Shown here piece after piece: positions 25,810 to 36,575 of a stretch of DNA of 64,000 nt; the stretch's first letter is position 1, and each line of letters begins with the position of its first letter. The notes under the pieces are model-generated. The model was not told the origin of the DNA. It ran no database searches and saw only the letters and a list, made by a program, of their open reading frames with translations. Source of the stretch: Fibrobacteria bacterium (GTDB lineage Bacteria; Fibrobacterota; Fibrobacteria; UBA11236); contig JAYTHY010000046.1 of NCBI GenBank assembly GCA_043732185.1, positions 5,250-69,249 on the forward strand, written 5' to 3'. Both the position numbers and the translations under genes were made by a program.

Positions 25810-27708
25810 ATGATTGCCCAGGACGAATTAGTAGGCACGCGGTTTGAAAAATGCGTCGTTGAAAGTCTGATCGGAAGAGGTGGTTACGGCCTCACGTTCC
25901 TGGCATTTGATGAAGAGCTTCGGGAACATCGCGTCATCAAGGTTTCCCAAGATGCTGGCATGGATGAAACCATGCGCCGCCGACATCTCAAAACGTTTCT
26001 AGATGAAGGCCTGATTTTAAGTCGACTTAAACATCCGCAAATCGTTACCTTGCGCGGACAAGGTGAAAAACACGGCCATCGGTACATGATCTTGGATTTT
26101 ATTCGCGGCTTCAATATCCGGAATATTATCGATATTATCCAACAACGGCAGCAAGAGCTTGACTGCGAATGGCAAGATCTTTTGGATCCGGAAACAGCGT
26201 CGGCCCTGGTGCTATCCGCGCTGTATCCAATGGAATACGCCCATCGCGCCAATGTCCACTTGCCTGATCGCGAAATATTCGGTGTGGCCCATCGAGATAT
26301 CTCACCTGGTAATCTAATCTTAGGCGTCCAAGGCAACGAAAAAGGTCGGATTATACTCATCGACTTCGGTACGGCCAAAACCGACCTTACGGAAAGCATT
26401 ACAATAGACCAAAACCTGGTCGGTACCGTTCCCTATATGAGCAAGGCGCGGCTACAAAAAACCAACTCACCAGAAGAGATGGCGTTGCATCAGGATTTTT
26501 GGACAAGTTTCCGTGAAACCCAGCACGATATTCACGCCCTCGGTGTCCTTTATTTCCAACTGCTTACTGGCCGACTTCCTTTTTCGGGAGAGACCTCACC
26601 GCAAATCATCGTTAAAATTCTAGACCCAAAATATTATTCCCAATGTCATATGGAAATCGCCCAAAGCCATCCCTTTGCGTCCGGCATACTGCAAAAATGC
26701 CTTGTTTACCACGACCTTTCGACACCTGTAAAGGATCAGCCCTATCAGTATCCGGATGCAGGGCGCATGCTCCCAGATATGGTTAAAGTTTTTGATAAAC
26801 TTTCCCGCGGGCACTCAGCACAAGAAATTCTGGTGGAGTTGGGGAAAAAGTTAGCTCGACCCGAATTATTTATTCCCGTCCAAAACAAGGTCGCATTTAC
26901 CTTTCCCGCGACTACAAAAATGCAGGAAACGCGATTGTCTAAAAAACCGAAGCGCCTCGCCTTGAGAATGGATGGATTAAAACCGGCTGTCCGAGTAGCA
27001 GTCTATGCAGCATCACTTCTTTGCGCCATTGCTCTAGCTATAGCGGTGAGCCAATGGTTTCAATCTAAGGCCAAGAAAACCTCCACAGAAGCCACCCGTT
27101 CGCCTCCAGGCAAGTTGGAAAATCTGACCAATGGAACCGGTATCGTGGCTGCTTCCAAGCACACCAATAATGGCGAGCACACCAAAACCGAAGCGCGCAT
27201 TCCCAGCCCCATGGTCGTTGTACCAAAATCCAAAAACAGTGATCGGCCAGCAGCTGCTTTAACGCGCGGCATTAAACGCCAGGATAGCTCCTCTACTCAA
27301 GCTCGCTTTGACAAGGACGTCTTTGTCCAATTACAAGGCTTGTTTAGGGAACAGGACCCGTCCGCCTATGATCAGATCGTTTCTTGGTTGAATAAATTCC
27401 CCGAATCCGCGGATCTTCGTTTTTTGAAAATCCAATTGGTTCTGTCGGGGAATCCATTGGCAGAAGATATTCGACCGGAGCTGGTCAGCTTGCAAAATGT
27501 TCAACCAGAATTCACACATCCAAGCTTGTTTCATCAATCCGTCCAATATCTGCTTTTTGAACTTGATGCGAACGTGTTCCAGGCCCAAAAAACCCCAATA
27601 AAACGGATTAATATGCAAAAATCAGCAAATGCCTATCTTGCCGAGTACCAGGAGAATCCGGCTTTTTCTGAAAAGGTTAAGCAGATCAAAGCACTTCTTG
27701 CCAAGTAA
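25810..27708 (+). CDS. Ser/Thr protein kinase (Hanks type) with TM segment and C-terminal extracytoplasmic domain
   Basis: Gly-loop GRGGYGLTF, VIK, HRDISPGNLIL, DFGTAK. The TM helix AVRVAVYAASLLCAIALAIAV sits mid-protein. Confidence 0.85.
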   Translation: MIAQDELVGTRFEKCVVESLIGRGGYGLTFLAFDEELREHRVIKVSQDAGMDETMRRRHLKTFLDEGLILSRLKHPQIVTLRGQGEKHGHRYMILDFIRGFNIRNIIDIIQQRQQELDCEWQDLLDPETASALVLSALYPMEYAHRANVHLPDREIFGVAHRDISPGNLILGVQGNEKGRIILIDFGTAKTDLTESITIDQNLVGTVPYMSKARLQKTNSPEEMALHQDFWTSFRETQHDIHALGVLYFQLLTGRLPFSGETSPQIIVKILDPKYYSQCHMEIAQSHPFASGILQKCLVYHDLSTPVKDQPYQYPDAGRMLPDMVKVFDKLSRGHSAQEILVELGKKLARPELFIPVQNKVAFTFPATTKMQETRLSKKPKRLALRMDGLKPAVRVAVYAASLLCAIALAIAVSQWFQSKAKKTSTEATRSPPGKLENLTNGTGIVAASKHTNNGEHTKTEARIPSPMVVVPKSKNSDRPAAALTRGIKRQDSSSTQARFDKDVFVQLQGLFREQDPSAYDQIVSWLNKFPESADLRFLKIQLVLSGNPLAEDIRPELVSLQNVQPEFTHPSLFHQSVQYLLFELDANVFQAQKTPIKRINMQKSANAYLAEYQENPAFSEKVKQIKALLAK

Positions 27709-27816
27709 CGGCGTCATTTTTAGCCTTTTCCCTTTAAAATGTGGCGTGAATTTGGTAATTTAAGGCCCCAGTTTTTCCGGGTCCACTCAGGTGGAATCTG
27801 CACGTAAAGGATAGCC

Positions 27817-28263
27817 ATGTACTCAGTTATAGAATCCGGGGGTTTTCAACATAAAATCACCGTAGGTGAAACCCTGAAGCTTTCAAAAATTGAAGCCAAG
27901 GTCGGTGAAGTGTTGACTGTCTCCAACGTATTGCTCTATGCAAACGGGGAGAGCATCGTGGTTGGCAAGCCGATGGTTGCTGGCGCTTCCGTAAAGATGG
28001 AAGTACTGGATCAGGGCAAAGATGACAAAATCATTTCATTCAAGCGTAAACAACGCAAGCGGTATCGCAAAACCATCGGACACCGACAGCTCTTTACGGA
28101 AGTTTTAGTCACTGAGATGGTTTGCGGCGCAGACAAATCCAGCGTCGATGATAAAGCCAAGATTCGGGCCCGCGCCCGCGCCAAAGCCTTGGCCGCTCAA
28201 AAGGTGCAAAATGTGCCTCTCACCAAAGCCCAGAAAATTACGGCAGCGAAAGCAGGAAAGTAA
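27817..28263 (+). CDS. rplU: 50S ribosomal protein L21 with Lys/Ala-rich C-terminal extension
   Basis: [22 protein letters not shown]...[16 protein letters not shown] is the L21 core. An extra tail of about 45 aa follows ([17 protein letters not shown]...). Confidence 0.9.
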   Translation: MYSVIESGGFQHKITVGETLKLSKIEAKVGEVLTVSNVLLYANGESIVVGKPMVAGASVKMEVLDQGKDDKIISFKRKQRKRYRKTIGHRQLFTEVLVTEMVCGADKSSVDDKAKIRARARAKALAAQKVQNVPLTKAQKITAAKAGK

Positions 28264-28266
28264 ACC

Positions 28267-28557
28267 ATGGCACACAAAAAAGGACTTGGTAGCACCCGTA
28301 ATGGACGTGATTCCAACCCCAAATATCGGGGCGTCAAAAAGTTCGGTGGCGAAACCGTTATCGCAGGAAACATCATTGTTCGCCAAAAGGGAACGCGTTG
28401 GCATCCGGGCCTGAACGTGGGCATGGGTCGCGACTATACCATTTACTCCGTTATTGAAGGCGTTGTCAAGTTTGAAAGACTGGGCAAAGATCGCCAGAAA
28501 ATCAGCGTATATCCCGTGGTCGCAGCGGACGCTTCCGCTGCGACTGTGGCTGCCTAA
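28267..28557 (+). CDS. rpmA: 50S ribosomal protein L27
   Basis: [29 protein letters not shown]... Confidence 0.95.
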   Translation: MAHKKGLGSTRNGRDSNPKYRGVKKFGGETVIAGNIIVRQKGTRWHPGLNVGMGRDYTIYSVIEGVVKFERLGKDRQKISVYPVVAADASAATVAA

Positions 28558-28671
28558 AAAAGATTTTCTTTACTGGTTGGGCCCATTTTTGACCCAGCTT
28601 ATTTTCACCTAAGTATCGAAAAGGGACATCAAATGGTGTCCCTTTTTCATTTTCACGGATATTAGTGAAGT

Positions 28672-31401
28672 ATGGGCCAGGCGAATGGACTTTTATATCT
28701 TAGCTCGGCGATGACCTTGCGAAAAGACTGGTTCTGCTCTCTGGGTCTTATCGCCTTGTTGTTTGGCTGTTCCACGGACCATAAGCAACAAAATTTCAGC
28801 TACCTTCGCAGTCCGGCCTATTTTAAGGTGGACACAACTTTAAGCAATCATGCCTTCTGCGCTGATTATTCCGGCACCTTTGCTTCGCAAGCAGAGTGCA
28901 TGCAGGCAAAAAAATACCGACTAAGCTGGTTACGCCCCGAGGACACCACCAAATTCAGTGGTTACAGAATCTACGTTGATACTATACCCCCCAATACTCC
29001 CACTGGGCGCCATTGGGCTGATGTACAACGCGACCCGAAGCTAGCTAACCTGATCGTAGAAACCACATCCCCCACAGACAGTGTGATTTTTATTTTCGGG
29101 AAACGGGAATTCAAACAAGATACCTTAAGGAAAAACAATACTAAGATTTATATTATCGATACAACCAGTCGTCAGGAAACCGAATCAGGTCGACTAGTAT
29201 TTGCCCTAGTTCCCGTATATGCGGGTGACGCAACACCTGGTCAACCTCAGTATTCCTGGTTTATTGTAAACGATAAATTTCCGCCGGACATATTCAGCCC
29301 GCGAATAAAGCCTGGAGCACATGAGATCGCAATCACTTGGCAGCGCCCAACCGATCCGACCAGCTTCTTTGATGCCAATCTCGATTCCGGTCTCATTCGC
29401 ACTTACCTACTCAAGTTGACACTAGGAGGCCGCATCACGGCCGATCGAAAACAAGCTTTTGCGCCGACCATAAAATTCACACGTGGCGGGAAAGATGTCA
29501 CTGAATCGGTCCGGGACTCATTGGTACTCGACCCACCCGATGCAAGGGACAAAAGCACTTTGATCCCCAAAGGTCACATTTATTTTCTCCCCGATTCGAA
29601 TCGTGCCCACCGAGCTTCGCCCACCCTAGCAGATAGCTTGAGCGCTGTTATTACCGGGCTCACTCCGCGAGACACCTTGAACGTGCAAGTCTGGGCAATG
29701 GATAGCTCCGGAAATCAAAATGCAAATGCCATGGCAACTGTAGTTGTGCATCTCACCGACACCACCCAGCCTTCTACCCCAAAACTTTTTGTGGATAGCA
29801 GCACCATTAGTAGCAATGGCTTTGTGGTCAGGTGGAAGCCTTCCAGCGACACCTTATGGCTAGAAACCGGTTCCACTGAGGTAAAGTCCATCCCCAATTA
29901 TCATATCCAAGAATACCGCATGCGCCGCACATTACTAAGAGATTCTGGAGAAAAGGCAAGTCTACTGGACCGGATGGACACCGTCATTGAAGTGGCTAAA
30001 CCCATAGACACCTCAACCGTTTTTGTAAATACCATGCGCTTCTTGCCACCCGGCCGGACCTTTCAATTAAAGCTTAGCGCATTGGATCTGACCGGTTTTG
30101 AATCGAACGTAGACTCCATAACCGTTCAAACGCCAGCCGTTCATTTCCTAGGCAAGGATAGCGCATTGACTTGCCCCACGGGCTTTATTCCTATTCCTAG
30201 AGCGCGATTTACATTAGGTGAAATAACCAGTGGGTCGCAACCTGATGAAACGCCAACGCATATCATCAATATGGGTCCATATTGTATTGAACCCTATGAA
30301 CACAGGGACAGCTCCGGCCAATTTATATCTGGGGTTACCTGGGAAAAAGCGGATACCCTTTGCCAGGCCATGAGCAAGGATTTCAATAGTCAACTTTGCT
30401 CCGAAGCGGAATGGGAGCGGGCATGCGAGGGTCCAGGGGTTGGCCCCGACTCAGCGCTTCTGCATGGCATTCAAAGTGAACAAAAAAATGCATCCATCTT
30501 ACAATCAACCTGCAACCAAGGCACCAATGATTCCGTAATGGCGCGTGCTTTTGATAAACGCAATGCAACATGCCTGACAAGGGAAGGCGTCTATGATATG
30601 GCCGGAAACTTTTCGGAATGGGTTCGTGATGTGTATTCCGAACGGGCTTACTCACATCTCCCACCCGGCGATAGCTTGGACCATGCCTATGCCTATACCG
30701 ATTCCGGACAAGTTCATGGATTTCGTGGAGGAAATTATCTGGCCCCGCAGACGCTTCTCTCCTCCGTTGCAGTCCAAAACTTAGCCCGTTGTTCAAACCG
30801 AGATTATCCCAATCAGATAAGACCCATTTTTCGTTTGGATTGCTTGGATTCTTCCCAGCCAAAAATAGCCGTCATTTACAATTCGGGATTAGCCGGGCAC
30901 TTTTGCATGCCACTACCCGCAAGCTTACGCGATAAGAAAATAACCGACTTGATTTCTGCACCAAAGGACAGCACTAAAATTCTGGTTTTTTTATCTGGAG
31001 AGACTCATCCCGACACCATATCGCTTCTAAGGCCTGTCGGTGACACTCTTTTCCTCAAAAAGAAACCCGTGTTTGTGCGGATGACGACGCTTTCATTGGC
31101 AGTGGTACAATTTGTAAAACCAGGCGTAGATACGATAATCAAAGACACTTTGGACGCAGCCGAAATGCGCGACACCTCCCAAAGTAACCTGGCGAAAATA
31201 TTTTCCCGCGAAGCCGGGAATTCGGGATGGATGGTCAAACAAGAAGCAGGCAAGTTTGTAATTAAATACATTTACGCCTACGCAATGTCGGGCACCAAAT
31301 TACCCAAAGCTTACTATAACAATCATACTATCAGTTTTCGCTGCTGCAGTTTGGCGAAAACGTTCCCAATTCCCTTGCCCAAATCGGTACGCTCGCGCTG
31401 A
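28672..31401 (+). CDS. large lipoprotein with C-terminal FGE-sulfatase (SUMF1/formylglycine-generating-enzyme-like) domain, apparently non-catalytic
   Basis: Lipobox LLFGCS. Residues around 500 to 720 (IPRARFTLGE...TPTHIINMGPYCIEPYE...YDMAGNFSEWVRD...FRGGNY) match the FGE-sulfatase fold but lack the CxxxxC catalytic pair. The N-terminal ~480 aa form beta-rich repeats. Confidence 0.6.
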   Translation: MGQANGLLYLSSAMTLRKDWFCSLGLIALLFGCSTDHKQQNFSYLRSPAYFKVDTTLSNHAFCADYSGTFASQAECMQAKKYRLSWLRPEDTTKFSGYRIYVDTIPPNTPTGRHWADVQRDPKLANLIVETTSPTDSVIFIFGKREFKQDTLRKNNTKIYIIDTTSRQETESGRLVFALVPVYAGDATPGQPQYSWFIVNDKFPPDIFSPRIKPGAHEIAITWQRPTDPTSFFDANLDSGLIRTYLLKLTLGGRITADRKQAFAPTIKFTRGGKDVTESVRDSLVLDPPDARDKSTLIPKGHIYFLPDSNRAHRASPTLADSLSAVITGLTPRDTLNVQVWAMDSSGNQNANAMATVVVHLTDTTQPSTPKLFVDSSTISSNGFVVRWKPSSDTLWLETGSTEVKSIPNYHIQEYRMRRTLLRDSGEKASLLDRMDTVIEVAKPIDTSTVFVNTMRFLPPGRTFQLKLSALDLTGFESNVDSITVQTPAVHFLGKDSALTCPTGFIPIPRARFTLGEITSGSQPDETPTHIINMGPYCIEPYEHRDSSGQFISGVTWEKADTLCQAMSKDFNSQLCSEAEWERACEGPGVGPDSALLHGIQSEQKNASILQSTCNQGTNDSVMARAFDKRNATCLTREGVYDMAGNFSEWVRDVYSERAYSHLPPGDSLDHAYAYTDSGQVHGFRGGNYLAPQTLLSSVAVQNLARCSNRDYPNQIRPIFRLDCLDSSQPKIAVIYNSGLAGHFCMPLPASLRDKKITDLISAPKDSTKILVFLSGETHPDTISLLRPVGDTLFLKKKPVFVRMTTLSLAVVQFVKPGVDTIIKDTLDAAEMRDTSQSNLAKIFSREAGNSGWMVKQEAGKFVIKYIYAYAMSGTKLPKAYYNNHTISFRCCSLAKTFPIPLPKSVRSR

Positions 31402-31415
31402 GTGGTGCTAGCCCT

Positions 31416-32615
31416 TTAGCGCTCGCCCATTTCTTCCGACTGACTGGACATTTTCCAAATCTTTCGTGGCAAAGAACTCACTAGGATGCGGCCGAGTTCA
31501 GTTATCGGAACCCATTTAAATCCCTCTGGCAGCTCGGCTGTTTTAGGGCCTTTACTTCCCGGCTTAACTTTCGCAATGGCAACTTTAAGCTCTAATCGGT
31601 GATGGGTAATACTATGGATTACGTTATGCGGTTGCAGTGAAAAATTGGATACAACAATTTGCGGCAACAATTTATTCCATTCGATTCCAAGAGAAGTAAT
31701 TTTAGAAACCGTAAAATATGGGAAGGACCATAATCCTTTCAAAATGCCGGCAGTCTCTGACCGATGCATTAAAACCTCGTGCTCAACAAAACCGCTGTTT
31801 AGCCTATTACTCCTTCTAATCGCAATAACTGCAATTCCCGCTATGCGCAAAATAGCCTTGCGAATTTTGGCTGGAGGGAATTGTTCCTGTAAACCGCCGG
31901 CACAAGCTACGCAGAATGGCGCCAATGGGCAGGCCCCACATAAAGGTTTTTTAGGTGTACAAATAGTCGCGCCCAGTTCCATCAGTCCTTCATTTACTAA
32001 TGCGGGTTCGTTGCTTTGCACCCAAGCGCGCGCCAATCCCCAATAAACAGCCTTCGTTTCACTGGTTTTTGGAAGAAAGTCTAATCCATATCGACGACTA
32101 AAAACTCTTTCCAGGTTGCCATCCAAGATGGGCTCTGGAAGATTAAATGCCAGGCTTGCAATGGCTCCAGCTGTATATTCCCCTATACCTTTTAAGGAGA
32201 GCAAGTCCGTCCGCTGCCAGGGAAACTGACCGGAAAAATGCTCCACCACTGTGCGCGCTGTCGTAAGAATGTTGCGTACTCGAGAATAGTACCCAAGGCC
32301 TGCCCAAGCTTCCATTACTTCATCTTCGTGGGCTTTAGCCAAATCGAAAACCGTTGGGAACGTTCTCATCCAACGCGTAAAATATTCTACTACGGTCGAG
32401 ACCTGTGTTTGCTGAAGCATGATTTCCGAGATCCATGTGGCATATGGATCTCGCCTATAGGAAGTAGGGGTAACCCAGCCTGGCTCTGCTACGGAGTCGT
32501 CATCAATTGAAGAATGGGCTTCTTTTCGCCATGGCAATTCGCGGCGATTTAATCGAAACCAACTTGTTAGAGCGAGTGCTTCAACCGAAACGTCGCGGGT
32601 TTGACCGAGGTTCAA
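31416..32615 (-). CDS. mutY: A/G-specific adenine DNA glycosylase MutY
   Basis: HhH-GPD core (EIMLQQTQVSTV...GLGYYSRVRNI...LKGIGEYTAGAIASLAF), Fe-S cluster loop CTPKKPLCGACPLAPFC, C-terminal NUDIX-like domain. Confidence 0.85.
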   Translation of the reverse strand: MNLGQTRDVSVEALALTSWFRLNRRELPWRKEAHSSIDDDSVAEPGWVTPTSYRRDPYATWISEIMLQQTQVSTVVEYFTRWMRTFPTVFDLAKAHEDEVMEAWAGLGYYSRVRNILTTARTVVEHFSGQFPWQRTDLLSLKGIGEYTAGAIASLAFNLPEPILDGNLERVFSRRYGLDFLPKTSETKAVYWGLARAWVQSNEPALVNEGLMELGATICTPKKPLCGACPLAPFCVACAGGLQEQFPPAKIRKAILRIAGIAVIAIRRSNRLNSGFVEHEVLMHRSETAGILKGLWSFPYFTVSKITSLGIEWNKLLPQIVVSNFSLQPHNVIHSITHHRLELKVAIAKVKPGSKGPKTAELPEGFKWVPITELGRILVSSLPRKIWKMSSQSEEMGER

Positions 32616-33067
32616 CCGCCAGTGCCAGCCTCAGCATTGGCAGGAACTCCACCTCTTGGATCGCCATAAATTTTCTCGACTTTATCGTTTTTGAACGTGA
32701 GTCCAGTTATTAGGTTCCCTCGATTATTCACGTACTCCCAATTGGTTTCGCCTTCAGAGGTTCGGTCCGGATTGCCGAACAATTGAAATACCATTTGGCG
32801 GGGCATACCCTCAATAGGAAAGCCTTCCAGGAAAGCCTGCTTAATATTCTCAGGAATGCCAAAACCATTTTGGATAATGTAGTCCTTGCGTTCTTGGGCC
32901 GGTAGACCGCGGGAAATCAGGGGTCGAGTATAGTTCGAAGCACATCCAAATGCCATAGCCAGGGTTGCCACAACTGCGAGAACAGAAATCCATAATTTAC
33001 CATCCCAAAAATGTGTTTTCTTAACCATCGATTGAAGCATACTTTCCCTCCTATTCAAAGACTGCAA
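32612..33067 (-). CDS. BamE/SmpA-OmlA-like small lipoprotein
   Basis: Lipobox AFGCAS. GMPRQMVFQLFGNPD resembles the BamE core motif. ATGA overlap with mutY. Confidence 0.5.
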   Translation of the reverse strand: MQSLNRRESMLQSMVKKTHFWDGKLWISVLAVVATLAMAFGCASNYTRPLISRGLPAQERKDYIIQNGFGIPENIKQAFLEGFPIEGMPRQMVFQLFGNPDRTSEGETNWEYVNNRGNLITGLTFKNDKVEKIYGDPRGGVPANAEAGTGG

Positions 33068-33238
33068 TTCATTTGAATATAGGAACTAGAACGCCAGACT
33101 CAATGGGTGAGAAATCCAATTGACAATATCCAAGATTTGGGACACAATAGCTTGAACTTGCAACCAAATCTGTTTAACAGAATTGGAAGGTAAGTTGTGC
33201 CGAAGGACTTGCGGGCCAAAAAATGATTTAAATTTGCC

Positions 33239-34240
33239 GTGGCACCCTTTTTTGAGAGGCATAATAAGGCACATATGCTAACCCGTTTTTCAATTCTCGG
33301 CTGCTTTCTCAAATCCGTACTACCAGCTTGTTTAAGTTTTGCCATTTTATGCACAACCGTATGGTCTCCAAGGATTTTTGCAGATAGTGTTAAACCGCTT
33401 TCTTACGGTCCTTTTTTCATGAACCAATTAAGTTCCACTCTCAGCCCATTTGGCTACGATTATGTATTAGATAACGTGCTTTACCATTTCCAAGTCGGCT
33501 GGATGGAACCGCTTTCAGCGGGCTCACAAGGAATCTTTAGAGGAACCTATTTGGAGACGAACGGAAATTTTAGTGCATCACCATTTCTTTCAGATATTGG
33601 AACGACTTTCAATTTAAAGCCAATCCGTTATTTTGAAATCGGGTTAAGCTATAACCGATTGCTATTTCACAATTCAATGGTGACTTTCAACCGGAGTACC
33701 ACGCAAAACATACCAGCCCCTGAGGAATGGCGACCTGAAACTATTATCTCCCGCGATTTTAAAGAACCGGGTGGCGCGGATGTCTTTACCTTTCAATCCA
33801 ACTTTACTTTTGATCTAGGACCTGCCCAGCTGTACCTTTTTGGATCTCGAACACTTTGGGATATTGATGCCCAAGGCCATGACTTTGTCTATGAATATGG
33901 CACTGACATTCTCTTGCGAAAACGTGACCGAGTCAACTCCTTGCTTGCCCAATTATCATGGGACCTGCGTCCCCATTCGCTTTATTCCCAAGTATCTTTT
34001 ACTGGATTTTCGCTGCGCAATCAATATTGGTATACAACACAAACGCGATTGGAAAAAAATTTGGTGTCAGGTGGCATAACCGGTTTTCGCATTGGAAGAA
34101 ACCCGGAACATCAAAGGCGTGGCTTGGATTTAAGCTTGGGTTATTGGACCTTGCATACTCAATTACAGAGAAAAGATTGGATAAAATCCCTGGTACTCAT
34201 CGGCGATTGGAAGTGGAATATCCAATTTTTGAAAATTTAA
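33239..34240 (+). CDS. hypothetical exported protein (possible outer-membrane protein)
   Basis: An internal Met at 33275 precedes a signal-like segment (MLTRFSILGCFLKSVLPACLSFAILCTTVWSPRIFA). Aromatic-rich. Confidence 0.4.
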   Translation: MAPFFERHNKAHMLTRFSILGCFLKSVLPACLSFAILCTTVWSPRIFADSVKPLSYGPFFMNQLSSTLSPFGYDYVLDNVLYHFQVGWMEPLSAGSQGIFRGTYLETNGNFSASPFLSDIGTTFNLKPIRYFEIGLSYNRLLFHNSMVTFNRSTTQNIPAPEEWRPETIISRDFKEPGGADVFTFQSNFTFDLGPAQLYLFGSRTLWDIDAQGHDFVYEYGTDILLRKRDRVNSLLAQLSWDLRPHSLYSQVSFTGFSLRNQYWYTTQTRLEKNLVSGGITGFRIGRNPEHQRRGLDLSLGYWTLHTQLQRKDWIKSLVLIGDWKWNIQFLKI

Positions 34241-34259
34241 ATCACACGTCCTACTGCAT

Positions 34260-35144
34260 TTAGTTTTTAACACCGTCAGCACTTTCCAAATCAGTACCTT
34301 CCAAATCAGTTTCACTGGATTTTTCAGCATCTTCCCATTTACCCTGGGAATAGAGACTAAATCTCGCAGGCTTTGCTTTTGCATTCTGAGCGATAGGCAT
34401 CGGCGCAAAGGAATAATGGCGGAAACACATGCGTAAACTTGACAGGGAGTCACAATCAGAAACGGTGAGATCGGAAATCAGCCATTTGTTTTCCACCTGA
34501 TGGTACCCGACAATATTCATTGTTTTGATTTTTTGTTGGCCCTGTCCGTAAAATGTGATGGTTTTCAAGAGGACTGGGTTTTTAGTTAAAGTGACTTCCA
34601 GACGGGAATAGAACGATTGGAAAAGCGGTTTTAAGGACATGCTAAGCTGGTAGGTGCTATCCATTGCCTTAAGTCCTTTACAGGAAGAATATTCCAAAAA
34701 GAAATCTGTAGGCAATTTGAGCATATCCTCATAGGTGAGTAAGCTACCGACGAGTCCTTTTTTCCATTGACGATTAGCAATCCGGCGAATGCGATGGCTA
34801 TTGTCATCGGTAATCCATTGCTCTCTACCAAATTGCAGACTGTGGTATTCAAAAGCCTTTTTAGGACTGGCCAAAGAAATCCGTCTCTCCCCAATTTCGT
34901 CCGAAAATTCGGCCTGGCCGGAAAGGGTGTCCAAACCCAGGGGAAAGGTTTCGTTTACAATTTCCAAGGTAGCCTGATAATGGCCACGGTATTGATTTTT
35001 CAAGGCCTGGACCAATAGCTGTCTGGCCAGATCCTCATCGGCGCCAAAAATGTGCGTGGCCAACATTAATCCCACCAAGCCCAGCGCTGAAATGCGGGCT
35101 AAGTATTTAGAAGGATAAAAGTGGATGAATGGATATAAGTGCAT
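34260..35144 (-). CDS. hypothetical exported protein, LolA-like / outer-membrane-lipoprotein-sorting-like fold suspected
   Basis: Signal peptide. General resemblance to LolA-like half-barrel proteins. Low confidence. Confidence 0.4.
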   Translation of the reverse strand: MHLYPFIHFYPSKYLARISALGLVGLMLATHIFGADEDLARQLLVQALKNQYRGHYQATLEIVNETFPLGLDTLSGQAEFSDEIGERRISLASPKKAFEYHSLQFGREQWITDDNSHRIRRIANRQWKKGLVGSLLTYEDMLKLPTDFFLEYSSCKGLKAMDSTYQLSMSLKPLFQSFYSRLEVTLTKNPVLLKTITFYGQGQQKIKTMNIVGYHQVENKWLISDLTVSDCDSLSSLRMCFRHYSFAPMPIAQNAKAKPARFSLYSQGKWEDAEKSSETDLEGTDLESADGVKN

Positions 35145-35376
35145 GAAAGCCCATTGGATGGTCCTTACAAATCGGTAGGACGCACTCTAAATTATACAAT
35201 TCGGCGGGTTAAAAAAAGTGGTCTGCTAAAGGACAATAATTCCAAAAAAGCTTTAAAATTAATATTGATCTTTTTGCCGCCAGCCAGTTCCTTTATGGCC
35301 CCATTGCCCTGCAAATACAGGGCAATGGTCCGATGCCACCTCGCAATACGATTAAAGGTTCAGCTCAGCAGATAGA

Positions 35377-36495
35377 TCAGGTTTCGCCTTGAGCCGTGAT
35401 TTCAATATTGTCCCAGGACTCCTCTCCTGTGGGACCGAAGCCCTTTGTGGACTTGGCATCTGCTTGACCGGTAGCTAAGGTTTGACGAATCTTAAGTTCG
35501 ATTTCTTCCGCCAAGGACTTATTCTCTTTGAGGAAATCTCGGGCCTTTTCACGGCCTTGTCCCAGCCGCTCTTTCCCGTAGGAGAACCAGGTTCCACTCT
35601 TTTGTACGATTTCCATTTCAGTAGCCATGTCCAAAAGACTGCCTTCTCGGGAGATACCGACCCCGTAGAGAATATCGAACTCGCATTGTTTAAAGGGCGC
35701 AGCAACTTTATTCTTGACCACCTTCACCTTGGTCCGGTTTCCAATAACCTCCTCGCCTTCTTTTAAGGACGCTATTTTGCGGATGTCCAAGCGTACGGAG
35801 GCATAGAACTTGAGAGCATTGCCGCCCGTGGTGGTTTCGGGATTCCCGAACATCACGCCAATTTTCATGCGCAATTGATTGATGAAAATTAGGCAGCAAT
35901 GGGAGCGGTTGAGTATACCCGTTAATTTGCGCAAAGCCTGGGACATAAGGCGCGCTTGAAGGCCCATGTGTGAATCTCCCATTTCACCATTGATTTCCGC
36001 CTGGGGCACCAAGGCCGCAACCGAATCGACTACAATGAGATCAATGGCGTTGCTGCGCACCAGGGTCTCGACAATATCCAGGGCTTGTTCTCCCGTATCG
36101 GGTTGGGATACGAGCAAGTTGTCGATATCCACTCCCAACTTTCGTGCATAGAGTGCATCAAAGGCATGCTCTGCATCAATAAAGGCTGCTACACCACCTG
36201 CTTTTTGGCATTCGGCAATAGCATGCAGAGTCAACGTGGTCTTTCCCGATGATTCCGGGCCAAAGACCTCCACAACTCGGCCCTTGGGCAGTCCACCGAT
36301 TCCCAGGGCCATATCCAACTGGATACATCCCGTACTGATAACGGGAATATCAATTGTTTCCTGGCTCCCCAAAGTCATGATGGAACCCTTACCGTGGTTC
36401 TTCTCAATTTGGGCGACGGCAGCGTCAACGGCCCTTTTCTTATTGCTGACTTCCTCATTAGCGGCTGAGGGCGAGGTGGATTTCTTGACTGACAT
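35377..36495 (-). CDS. recA: recombinase RecA
   Basis: Walker [21 protein letters not shown]2 loop region. Near-full-length identity pattern. Confidence 0.97.
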   Translation of the reverse strand: MSVKKSTSPSAANEEVSNKKRAVDAAVAQIEKNHGKGSIMTLGSQETIDIPVISTGCIQLDMALGIGGLPKGRVVEVFGPESSGKTTLTLHAIAECQKAGGVAAFIDAEHAFDALYARKLGVDIDNLLVSQPDTGEQALDIVETLVRSNAIDLIVVDSVAALVPQAEINGEMGDSHMGLQARLMSQALRKLTGILNRSHCCLIFINQLRMKIGVMFGNPETTTGGNALKFYASVRLDIRKIASLKEGEEVIGNRTKVKVVKNKVAAPFKQCEFDILYGVGISREGSLLDMATEMEIVQKSGTWFSYGKERLGQGREKARDFLKENKSLAEEIELKIRQTLATGQADAKSTKGFGPTGEESWDNIEITAQGET

Positions 36496-36575
36496 AAAAG
36501 CTCCTTTGGGAGGGTGGATGTGTAAGTTTACTTTATACTGCTCATTTGTGCAAGGGCAAATTTGAATAAGTTTTT

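Noticed and set aside
36496-36575. LexA/SOS box upstream of recA (TGCCCTTGCACA segment)
   Set aside because: It does not form the palindrome expected for any LexA box class I could recall, including the Fibrobacter-type TGCNC-N4-GTGCA. recA is probably co-transcribed with cinA.
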